Below are positions 40,103 through 48,772 of a DNA stretch of 49,036 bases, piece after piece. Under the pieces are notes generated by a model. That model did no database searches. It was not told where the DNA came from and worked only from the letters and a program-made list of their open reading frames with translations. Positions within the stretch are counted from its first letter, which is position 1. Every line of letters begins with the position of its first letter. This DNA comes from an uncultured bacterium (lineage in GTDB: Bacteria > CSSED10-310 > CAZUFC01): NCBI GenBank assembly GCA_964619725.1, contig CAZUFC010000062.1, forward strand, positions 1 through 49,036, given 5' to 3'. The position numbers were made by a program, and so were the translations under genes.

Positions 40103-42490
40103 TTAATAAAACATGAGAGTTTCTTCCCTGGGTTCCTCCTGAAGGGAGAAGAGGCGTAAGTAGACTTTTTCGCCTTTTTCCAGAGACAGTATGAATTTAA
40201 TTTCGCCGCAGGGCATATCTTCGAAGAGGGGAAAGATGCAATTGACCGGCTCCAGCCATTTTTCCGAAGAACCGTCTGAAAAATCGATAATATCAGACAG
40301 GGGCAACCGGCCGGTATATATCCGAAATGTTCTTACCAGGGATGTTTTTCGAGGATAAGGCTTACCCGGTTCCATGTTTCTTTCGTTCAGGCATTGGATT
40401 CTAATTACCGCAAAATCATCTGCTGCCTGGTCTCCGTTCGAACCTTCGGACGGGTTGGAATAGTTAGGACGCCGACCTTGACCTGAGTAACCGGTCGACC
40501 CTGTTGAAAAGTAAACCATGGCGTTTAAACTGACTACGCCGTCGTTCGATTTAATCATTTTCACCCGGGAAGCAACGGCGTCAGTCAATTCATACAGAGT
40601 CCTCATGCTCCATCTTTCCGGTTCGGTTTTCCTGACGGGTTCCTGATTAATGAAGAACCGGTCGGCCGGATTCCCTGATTCGATCAGAACTTTGTGTTCT
40701 CCGGCGTCAACGTTTTCCAGGCGCCTTCTGTCGATCAGAGACAGGGGCCGCATGCTCATTTGAGAATCATCCAGCCATATGGAAATATCCGGTTTCTGCG
40801 AGGTTTGATCGAGGATATACAGGAGTGAAACGTCCACAAACCTGCTGGAAGGGAACCTGGAATCGCAGAACGTGAATCTCTGGGGACTCCCGGGTGTTAA
40901 TTCATAGTAATCATAGACTTTCCATTTGAATTTCGGAGCCGATAGACCAGGGACCGCGCCTTTAAGCAACTCAGGCAGGGCAGGCTTGTTGGGTTCGAGA
41001 ATCAACCGTGCTGATTCGTAATTTTCCGGGATATGAACCGCGCTTTCCTGCGACTGGATACGCTTATACCACTGCTTTACGGTTTTATCGCTTAAATAGG
41101 GAATATCAAGCATCCCTTTCGGGAGTTTTATTTCCGTCAGTCTGTTCTGCCGGTTCAAGGCATCGTAATTGGCGGGTCGAAAATAAAACCAGGTCCGGCT
41201 GCTTTCATCCTTCATTTTCAATTCCGCCTGTTCCTGCTCCGGTTCCGGTAAAATTCGCTGAACCGCCGGCTTCTGTTCGGGAGATGCGTAAAAAGCCAGG
41301 TGTAACGGCTGTCCGGCCCAGAACCGGACCTCTTCCGCATCACGAGGCGCCTTTAAATGAAAAGATGAGGGAAGGCCGGCATATTCGCTGCCGTTCTCCG
41401 GTTCTCCGATGACGGCATAGGGAGAAAGCGACGTAACGCCTTGGTAGGTATAGACGTTTTGATCTGAAGAACCGGTAAATTCATAATGGAGCCGGTAACT
41501 TAATTCAGCCTCCTGGGGACGGGAACCTGCATCCGTTTCATTCTCAAAGGTCGGCCGGCATACTGTCTTGAATTCAAAAGCGCCGCCGCCGTAAATACGG
41601 GGAACTGCTATGACTATGGGTTCCTTTCCATCCTTCGGCGCTGTCCGATAATAAACCGTCCTGTCATATTCGACAGGCGCTGTTTCTTGCGAAGGCTTCT
41701 CTTCTTTCACCTCCGCCATGGAAATATCGTTCAGAAACAACGTCTGGGGAAAATAATCCTCGCCGGCATCCCCATAAGCCGGTATCTGCTCCCATGTATA
41801 ATCGCGCGACCGCTTTTTTTCCCTTTTCGTTACGAAATCCAGGCCGTAAAGGGTCGCTGATGAGACATCCTCCTTATCGATTATATGCGAGCCTATTTGA
41901 GGTTTAAACTGTCCGTATGTTCTCATGTTGACCCGGCTGAACGCGGTTACTGCAGCCGTATGATTTTCGGGCGAGTGAAGGGATATCGCCAGAAAACCGT
42001 CAAAATTATTCATATCCGATAAGGTTAACATGGAAACTCTGCCGTCTGCAGGGACTTTATCGCCGTTCAGGTAAAATACGCTTTCCAGGTAAACGTTTTT
42101 TTCAGGATCGTGTATCCTCGTCTTACGTGTTTTTTCCCATAAAGTCATCTCCCTGACAGGTTCCATATCTTTGTTTAAATATTGAACCTTTAAAGCATAT
42201 TTATACGTCTGTTCTTCGTCGGCGGTTTCGGACGGCAGGTTCAGGTAGGAAACGAGCTTTATTTTGGGGTCCTGGGGCGTTACGCGGAGAAGCAGTCTGT
42301 CCTCGCTGCCGACCAGGTAACCGATTCTGCGTTCTGATTTCTGCAGTTTGAGGGCTGTTTTACGCCATTGTTTATTGGTAACGATATATCCCATCCGATA
42401 GCTGAGGAGAAAAGCAAGAATCAGGAGGACCGCACCGAGGACTGCAGCGGTTATCAGCGGTTTAAGGGATCGTTTTCGTGAAAGCATCAT
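40103..42490 (-). CDS. Membrane-anchored periplasmic beta-rich protein of unknown function
   Basis: Basic N-terminus plus a single TM (aa about 12-31), long soluble remainder; 12-bp and 4-bp gaps to neighbours. Confidence 0.75.
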   Translation of the reverse strand: MMLSRKRSLKPLITAAVLGAVLLILAFLLSYRMGYIVTNKQWRKTALKLQKSERRIGYLVGSEDRLLLRVTPQDPKIKLVSYLNLPSETADEEQTYKYALKVQYLNKDMEPVREMTLWEKTRKTRIHDPEKNVYLESVFYLNGDKVPADGRVSMLTLSDMNNFDGFLAISLHSPENHTAAVTAFSRVNMRTYGQFKPQIGSHIIDKEDVSSATLYGLDFVTKREKKRSRDYTWEQIPAYGDAGEDYFPQTLFLNDISMAEVKEEKPSQETAPVEYDRTVYYRTAPKDGKEPIVIAVPRIYGGGAFEFKTVCRPTFENETDAGSRPQEAELSYRLHYEFTGSSDQNVYTYQGVTSLSPYAVIGEPENGSEYAGLPSSFHLKAPRDAEEVRFWAGQPLHLAFYASPEQKPAVQRILPEPEQEQAELKMKDESSRTWFYFRPANYDALNRQNRLTEIKLPKGMLDIPYLSDKTVKQWYKRIQSQESAVHIPENYESARLILEPNKPALPELLKGAVPGLSAPKFKWKVYDYYELTPGSPQRFTFCDSRFPSSRFVDVSLLYILDQTSQKPDISIWLDDSQMSMRPLSLIDRRRLENVDAGEHKVLIESGNPADRFFINQEPVRKTEPERWSMRTLYELTDAVASRVKMIKSNDGVVSLNAMVYFSTGSTGYSGQGRRPNYSNPSEGSNGDQAADDFAVIRIQCLNERNMEPGKPYPRKTSLVRTFRIYTGRLPLSDIIDFSDGSSEKWLEPVNCIFPLFEDMPCGEIKFILSLEKGEKVYLRLFSLQEEPREETLMFY

Positions 42491-42502
42491 ATATCCTTAG
42501 AT

Positions 42503-45500
42503 TTATCCGGCGACCAGGGCGGCAGCGCTGCCGGCGATGAATTCGGTTACAGTTTTTCTCCAGTCGTCAGAATCCGGCTGAACGAATAGAACATCATCGG
42601 CGGCGGGTTCAAGAGAAAACAAGTACAAAGGGGCTTCATTCCGGTTCGGCGCATACATTATGAGGTATTCGTTCACCGAATATCTGTCCAGAATGACTTC
42701 GATTTCATATTGCTCATCACGGGCGTATTGTATGACAGCGGCCTGATGAACGACGTTAGATGTTTTTCCATATTGCCGTAATTCACCAATAATGAAGTCG
42801 ACGTCAAGTTCCAGGGATTCAAGCGCTTCCTTGCGGGACAGGGAAGGGAGCTTCTGGCGTCTTTTGGTCGACATGAGTTTTTCATTGATTATATCATGGA
42901 GGAAGGCTTTGTTGTATTCAATATTCATGACGGACCAGGGCTTTTCCTCAATGGGCTGGAGCAGTGGATTGGAGAAGAGCCGTCTGAAATCCTTCGACAG
43001 CCAGATGACTATGAATTCGCCCATGTTGAAAGTTTCCGAGTAATGTTGTTGAGCGTTGCCCAGGCTGGTGAGTTCGACTGTCTGTTCGGAAGGCGTTGCG
43101 GTATCGGCTTCATAGCCGTATTCAGATAATGCCTTGCGGACGAAGGCGAGTTGGTTATCCGCATCGGTTTCCTCATAATCGTAGAGCGTGGTCAGCAGAA
43201 TATCCTGATGGTATTGTCTTTCTTCATCGGAGTATCCCCGTATTTGAACCGCGGTCACCGGTTTGAAATTAACGTATTCTCGTTGAACTGCCTGGTGAAC
43301 GAGTTGAAAAACCGTCTGCAGATTGGCGGGATCGATGACGTTGAAATCATCCGAGCCGGGACGTCGGCTGGTTCCTGAAACGCTTAAGGCGCATGCATCG
43401 AAAAGCCTGAACAGATGGATGCCTGTTTTTAAAGTATTCAATTCCGTGACGGGAGCGGGAATTTCAACCATTACCGGGTTTGCCTGGTCCAGGGTGAAAG
43501 CATATATGCCCCTGAATTTGACGGGAGTATCCTCAATCAGGATAAGGTATTTCTTCGTTGAGCCCGGATCGTAAATCACCTCTGTTCTATATCCGCAATG
43601 TTCCGCAAAAAATGATAGAACGTCCAGGAAGGAGGAGTCCGGAGCGACGTTCTGCTTTTGCTTTCTGATGAGCGGCTGCAGGACCGCGCTGTCGAGATGA
43701 AAAAGCTCTCCCAGGCTCGGAGGCTGGTAATTCAATGTTTCGATCCCGGAGGCGATGTGATCGTCCTGTGCCTTAAGGAGATATTCGGCCAGTGAGGCTT
43801 CCCTGAATGTCCAGGCAGGGATGCGGCCAGTTTCCATGGCGAGCCGGTTCAATATTTCAAAGGCATTGCGTATCTCCAGAGTATAGAAACCTTTATGGCT
43901 GTTTTTTCTGTAGAGATTGTACCTCGTTTTTTCAGTTTCGTTTACCTTCAGCGGATCGATAACCGTTTTTAAGAATTCGTCGTTTAGGAGGGAATTATCT
44001 TTTTCGATCCAGAGTCTGTTTCGACGCGCATCGCCATAGATTTGCACGACGTCGCATGTGCGGCTGAATTCCCTGTGTGCGAGATCGAAGGCGTTCTGTC
44101 TGTTCAACAGTATATCCGCAGGATCGGGACGGGAGATGTCTTCGGTTCCCGGAATGAGCAGCGCTGCGGCATCCAGGTTCATGAAGAGCGATAAGGCGAC
44201 TGCCAGGTAATGTTTGCCGCTTTCCGGGTTCATGAATTCCACGACGAGATTGTTTTCAGCCTGCGGATTGAACAGGTATAATCCCCACCCATGAAGGGCG
44301 CCCGGACGTTCGCCCGCTTCCCGCAGCAGATAAAAAGTATTGTCCGCAGCCGTATCACGTATCTGTAAAAACTGGTATTGAACATTCTCCAGTTGTTTCG
44401 GCAAATCGCTGAGTAATGCATACCGGTGACGGCCGGGGGCCTTCATTGCCTGATGAATGGCATGAAAAATCGAATGAAAACTGTCCTGCTCCGTTGCGAA
44501 AAGCCTGTCGGATTCCTGCCGGCCGACCATACCAGGCAAACGTATCGAATCGATCATAATGCGGCGATAAATGTCATCGGAAATTTCCCGATATTCGATT
44601 CGATCCGCATATCCGGCCGAACCGTAAGTCCAGCTCGCCGGCAGAACAGTCGATAGAACAAAGGATATCAAGGCTCCTAAAACCGCTGCGGCGAAGGAAG
44701 TATGCAATATGATCCGTGAAACCCTGACGAATGAATGAGAACGATGTATCTCAAGCGCGATCAACGTGGGCAGAATATAGGCGAACCCATATAAATCCGT
44801 GGCTTTGAAACCAGGATAATTGAAGGAAACGTAGAATCCCAGGATAAACTTTAATGCTGTCCCGATGGCGAAGAAAAAAAGAAGAAGCCGGGGACCTTCC
44901 ATGGTGACAGCGCGAAAAGGACGCGAATTCAATATTATTCGTCCGATGATATAGATGAGAGCGGCCTCGATTAACGTAGTCAATATTTTCAAGGGCGTAA
45001 ACCAGGCTATGCCCAGCAGGGCCGGAACAAGTATGCCCCGCGTCGTCCATCCGAATTCTTCTTTATAACGGTGAGCCAGAAAAGCGCCGATCAGTAACAC
45101 GATGTAATACCGGGCGCTCTCCGAAAAAGCCGTCGCCATGCTTTCGTAGAGCAGTTCAAATTTGCTGATGGTGAAATTCGTGTAAGGTATAAGGATATAA
45201 TTGACGAAAAGACAAGTTAAGGTAATGTTGATGGATATGGGAATCAGGCCGCGCCGGAGTCCCGAACGCCAGAACAGGTTCGCTGTCAGGGGAACGATAA
45301 CCAATCCGATGCTGTGCAGCTCGTTTCTGAAGTCGACAGCAACCGGCAGATGACGGCTCAAGACAGCGGAAAACAAAGGCAACAGCGGCCCTTCAAATAG
45401 AATCTTAACGCCGATGCTGAGCATTAGGATAGTCAAAAAAGCATCCTGGCCGAAAAAACGGCTCCATATTTTGAACCGGCTGAGTCCGTCGGAAAGAATG

Positions 45501-45724
45501 CGCATCAGAAAATAACTGATGAAAGCCTCCACGATGATGATGAATGCGCTTATGGGCTTAACCAGGATGATAGGCGCCAGGTATCCCGGCACGATAAGGC
45601 CGCCGAAAGCCCATCCCAGGGTCTCAGAAAAGAACACCGAAAAAAACAGGCCGATAAATACAGGCGGAATGACGGACGACGACAAGCCGCTGTCCGGAAA
45701 TATGTGCCATCCTATTTCTTTCAT
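42503..45724 (-). CDS. Tandem PgsC/CapC-domain membrane protein fused to degenerate hydrolase-like repeats
   Basis: GLFFSVFFSETLGWAFGGLIVPGYLA...SIGLVIVPLTANLFWRSG resembles PgsC (GVLLSLIFAEKTGIVPAGLVVPGYLG...GIGIIVPGLIANTIQKQG); second copy FGWTTRGILVPALLG...GFAYILPTLIA; soluble C-terminal two-thirds paralogous to the 351-aa protein. Confidence 0.8.
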   Translation of the reverse strand: MKEIGWHIFPDSGLSSSVIPPVFIGLFFSVFFSETLGWAFGGLIVPGYLAPIILVKPISAFIIIVEAFISYFLMRILSDGLSRFKIWSRFFGQDAFLTILMLSIGVKILFEGPLLPLFSAVLSRHLPVAVDFRNELHSIGLVIVPLTANLFWRSGLRRGLIPISINITLTCLFVNYILIPYTNFTISKFELLYESMATAFSESARYYIVLLIGAFLAHRYKEEFGWTTRGILVPALLGIAWFTPLKILTTLIEAALIYIIGRIILNSRPFRAVTMEGPRLLLFFFAIGTALKFILGFYVSFNYPGFKATDLYGFAYILPTLIALEIHRSHSFVRVSRIILHTSFAAAVLGALISFVLSTVLPASWTYGSAGYADRIEYREISDDIYRRIMIDSIRLPGMVGRQESDRLFATEQDSFHSIFHAIHQAMKAPGRHRYALLSDLPKQLENVQYQFLQIRDTAADNTFYLLREAGERPGALHGWGLYLFNPQAENNLVVEFMNPESGKHYLAVALSLFMNLDAAALLIPGTEDISRPDPADILLNRQNAFDLAHREFSRTCDVVQIYGDARRNRLWIEKDNSLLNDEFLKTVIDPLKVNETEKTRYNLYRKNSHKGFYTLEIRNAFEILNRLAMETGRIPAWTFREASLAEYLLKAQDDHIASGIETLNYQPPSLGELFHLDSAVLQPLIRKQKQNVAPDSSFLDVLSFFAEHCGYRTEVIYDPGSTKKYLILIEDTPVKFRGIYAFTLDQANPVMVEIPAPVTELNTLKTGIHLFRLFDACALSVSGTSRRPGSDDFNVIDPANLQTVFQLVHQAVQREYVNFKPVTAVQIRGYSDEERQYHQDILLTTLYDYEETDADNQLAFVRKALSEYGYEADTATPSEQTVELTSLGNAQQHYSETFNMGEFIVIWLSKDFRRLFSNPLLQPIEEKPWSVMNIEYNKAFLHDIINEKLMSTKRRQKLPSLSRKEALESLELDVDFIIGELRQYGKTSNVVHQAAVIQYARDEQYEIEVILDRYSVNEYLIMYAPNRNEAPLYLFSLEPAADDVLFVQPDSDDWRKTVTEFIAGSAAALVAG

Positions 45725-45977
45725 TAAATTCCGCCTTGTGCCGGAAAATCGATAACGTTAAAAGCCCGTTTATTTGTAGCCAACCTCAACCCTCAAGAAG
45801 TCGTTTCTGAAAAACCGGACCGGCCGACGAATTACTCAATCGACTCAACCCCAATATGTAAATATTTTATATAAGCCTCTCTGTCAACCCTGTTTCATGG
45901 TTCAACGGAGAACTGAGATGAAGCGGGACGGGAAAATCGTTCGGTGAGGTGAATGGAATGCGGGACTGGGATCATAG

Positions 45978-46154
45978 CCCGCATTTTTCATACAAAACCG
46001 GTTACGAGCGTCCATATCCCCGCACCTTCAAGCGCTGCTCCCTGCGGCCTTGCTCAACGTAGCGCTGCTATGTTTCCGCAGTCCTTCAGTCCGCCATGCT
46101 TGAATCTGCGGGAATCTGAACGCTCTCACTACGATTTTGTATGAGAAATCCGGG
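45978..46154. mobile_element. 177-bp fold-back MITE with 4-bp TSD ATAG
   Basis: CCCGCATTTTTCATACAAAA / TTTTGTATGAGAAATCCGGG (18/20 inverted); ATAG at 45974-45977 and 46155-46158; second internal inverted repeat. Confidence 0.85.
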
Positions 46155-46188
46155 ATAGGGCTTCGGCATTGGGATAATAGGAAAAGTT

Positions 46189-46348
46189 GAGACTGATCAA
46201 AGCGGGGCAACACTTCTTCAATACTTTCGACATTTTATTTCAATAATCGGGGTCGGGTTCGGTATCGGGATCGTAATCCAAATCGAAACAAAATGATGGG
46301 ATATTCTGAAGAATTGCAACCTCAAAAGACGCATTTTTGATCAATGCC
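46189..46348. mobile_element. 160-bp MITE of the TGATCAAA-end family
   Basis: GAGACTGATCAAA ... TTTGATCAATGCC; colinear with 19513-19679. Confidence 0.75.
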
Positions 46349-46349
46349 A

Positions 46350-46511
46350 TTATTTCGTATTGGTTTTGCTTGATTTCACGGGTTCAGCTTCAGCCAATTT
46401 CAAACATAACCGATTCAGCTCCGAGACGAGTTTCAATCGCCGCAATATGGCTTCTGGACTCATATCGGGTTTGTTTTCCCACCTTTCGAATTTCTGATCA
46501 GCGTTTTTCAT
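46350..46511 (-). CDS. 53-aa partner of the nucleotidyltransferase (not in ORF track)
   Basis: Manual translation MKNADQKFERWENKPDMSPEAILRRLKLVSELNRLCLKLAEAEPVKSSKTNTK*; overlaps the NTase stop by 14 bp; amphipathic DMSPEAI.RRL..VSEL..LC helix. Confidence 0.65.
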   Translation of the reverse strand: MKNADQKFERWENKPDMSPEAILRRLKLVSELNRLCLKLAEAEPVKSSKTNTK

Positions 46512-46971
46512 CTTCATTTCTCTGGTTCAGTTTTTCCAGGTCCGCCAGGTCCTGCAATCTGCCGGAGAGTTTTTTCATTTTTTTTAACCCCTCAACAGAA
46601 ACCGATGATAACTCGTAATCGCCTGCTATATAAGTCTCCCGTTTTTCCCAAACATCCTTTAGAACCGGGGAGAGAAGAACGAAATCGAGCGTAGAAATTT
46701 CCTCTCCGATTATTTTTGATACGCGATAGACACGGGTTTCCGATTTTTTGCCCTCATGGAATTTAATTATGCCGGCTCTTATCTTGAATCCTTGCGTATC
46801 CGCCAGGTTAAGAATGCGTTTCAGGTCTTTTTCCCGAATAAGAATGTCGATATCCTGCGTAGCCCTGGGACAGCCGTGAAGGGCAAGCGCCAGGTCGCCG
46901 CAGAGGGCATACGGAATCCTGTTATCGTTTAATATCGTCGCTATGGTCTGTAACTCTTCGTGAATTTTCAT
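46498..46971 (-). CDS. Minimal nucleotidyltransferase (pol-beta superfamily, DUF6036/AbiEii-like)
   Basis: YALCGDLALALHGCPRATQDIDIL (G-x...DxD) and KKLSGRLQDLADL (R..D..D) motifs. Confidence 0.8.
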   Translation of the reverse strand: MKIHEELQTIATILNDNRIPYALCGDLALALHGCPRATQDIDILIREKDLKRILNLADTQGFKIRAGIIKFHEGKKSETRVYRVSKIIGEEISTLDFVLLSPVLKDVWEKRETYIAGDYELSSVSVEGLKKMKKLSGRLQDLADLEKLNQRNEDEKR

Positions 46972-47272
46972 TGCCGCTAAAAAGAACTCCCGGGTGGCTC
47001 CCTGACATCATTTCGACATTTTAATTTTATACCGTCAGATCAGAAAGTCCAATCGAATGGTTTGCCCTTCTTCGGGGATGGAGTCTTTCCAGTAATTCAC
47101 GTGGTCGGTAATTCTTGCGATTGCATTTTCGAGGGCTCGGATTTCCCGGAGAGCGCTCCGTATACAGCTTCAATTTTGAAGCGCTGTTCGCCTAACCGGT
47201 TGACTTTGACGGCGTATCGTGAAAAAAAGAGGTGAGGTGTGAATTAACCGGCTGATACGTTCGATAAGACCA

Positions 47273-48772
47273 ATGGATAAATTTTTTTCATTTTCAACAT
47301 GCTTGGTTCTGATTGCACTCGCCGTCGGCGGCGCTTACGGTCCCAATATCGACGACTTTTTTCTGGCTGACGATTATGCTCACCTTATCATCGTCCGGGA
47401 TGCTTCTTTCCATGAATTCCTCAAGGTCCTGATGCCGCAACCGGGGCAGAACTTCATTCGTCCCCTGGGATTCATATTCTGGCGCGTTCTCTGGAACCTG
47501 TTCGGTTTTAATCCTGTCGGCCATCACCTGGGCAGTCTGTTTCTTCACGTGCTGAATTGCCTGTTGTTGATCAGGCTTTCTTTCAGGATTGCAGGATTCA
47601 ACAAAGAAACCGCGGTAATGACAGGGTTGTTTGCTGCTCTTTATCCTGCGGGAAACCAGGCCGTGGTCTGGGCCAGCTCCTATTACGATCTTCTCGCCGT
47701 TCTCTTCATGCTTGCGGCCTTGAATTTTTATGCGGAATTCCGGATACGTCATCGATTCAATCTGTTTACAGCGGTCCTGGTATCCTGGATGGCGGCCCTG
47801 GCATCCAAGGAGACTGCCTTGATTTTTCCTTTTTTGATTCTGCCGCTTGAATTCATTCGTTTCGGACTCTACGATCCAGTCCAGTCACGGAAAAGGCGGA
47901 CCATGCGGATAACCTCACTGCTTCTCATTCCCTTTTTTTACCTGGGTTTCCGGCTGTTTTTTCTTGAAGGAATGGGCGGTTATCCGACGAATGATATTTT
48001 CAGCTTGCACGGACTGACAGAGTTGATAACGAAAGCCGTTCCGCTCACTTTCGTCATGATGCTTCACCCGGTTAACCCGCGGCTGCCCGAATTCGGATCG
48101 CCCCTGATCGTCCTGACGTCCGTTTTAATCGGTGTTCTGATCGTATTCTCATTTCGAAGGCTAAAAACCGGGAACGCTCAAGCCCTTGCACTCGCAACGC
48201 TCTGGGCGGTCTTCGGCTCTGCGCCGCTCTGTTTCAACCTGTGGATAGGACTGAGATACGACCTGTCGCGCTTCGCCTATTTCCCGGCGTTCGGGCTGGC
48301 CTTATGGCTCGCCTGCGGATATTCGTCTGTTCCTTTTAAAAGGTTGTACAGAAGAATTTTTGCCTTAATCGTTATTGTCCTCTTTTTCTTTGCGCTGAGG
48401 ATCAACAACAGACCCTACGATATCGCTTCAAAAATCCCGGAAACAGTTCAGCGGGACATCAAAGAACAATACTTCCCAATGCCTCCGTCCCCGGTCATCC
48501 TGCTTATCGGTATCCCCGTGGGTTATTATGGAGCACCGGTGTGTTATCCTCATCCCGAATACAATTCCTGGCCCTTTATGCTGGCGCTTTCCTATGATCT
48601 GGAGTCCGCCCGGCCCCTGGATGAAGGGCTTTCCGTGGAAGCAGGCCAGGAATATATCGACGGGCTGCCTTTTAAACTGTTCACCATTTCAGAAAAAGAA
48701 GCGGAAATATACAGAAAACAGTTTGACCGCGAAAGAATCCTGGAATATAGATTCGATCCGGAAATTTTTTAA
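47273..48772 (+). CDS. GT-C membrane glycosyltransferase (TMTC/PMT-like)
   Basis: FLADDY, FIRPL, GFNPVGHHLGSLFLHVLN, AVVWASSYYDLLA, SKET, RFAYFP motifs; multiple TM helices. Confidence 0.8.
   Translation: MDKFFSFSTCLVLIALAVGGAYGPNIDDFFLADDYAHLIIVRDASFHEFLKVLMPQPGQNFIRPLGFIFWRVLWNLFGFNPVGHHLGSLFLHVLNCLLLIRLSFRIAGFNKETAVMTGLFAALYPAGNQAVVWASSYYDLLAVLFMLAALNFYAEFRIRHRFNLFTAVLVSWMAALASKETALIFPFLILPLEFIRFGLYDPVQSRKRRTMRITSLLLIPFFYLGFRLFFLEGMGGYPTNDIFSLHGLTELITKAVPLTFVMMLHPVNPRLPEFGSPLIVLTSVLIGVLIVFSFRRLKTGNAQALALATLWAVFGSAPLCFNLWIGLRYDLSRFAYFPAFGLALWLACGYSSVPFKRLYRRIFALIVIVLFFFALRINNRPYDIASKIPETVQRDIKEQYFPMPPSPVILLIGIPVGYYGAPVCYPHPEYNSWPFMLALSYDLESARPLDEGLSVEAGQEYIDGLPFKLFTISEKEAEIYRKQFDRERILEYRFDPEIF

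Noticed and set aside
45853-45887. sigma70 promoter for the PgsC operon (perfect TTGACA on the minus strand)
   Set aside because: The hexamer at 17-bp spacing is TATTTA, a poor -10; not confident enough
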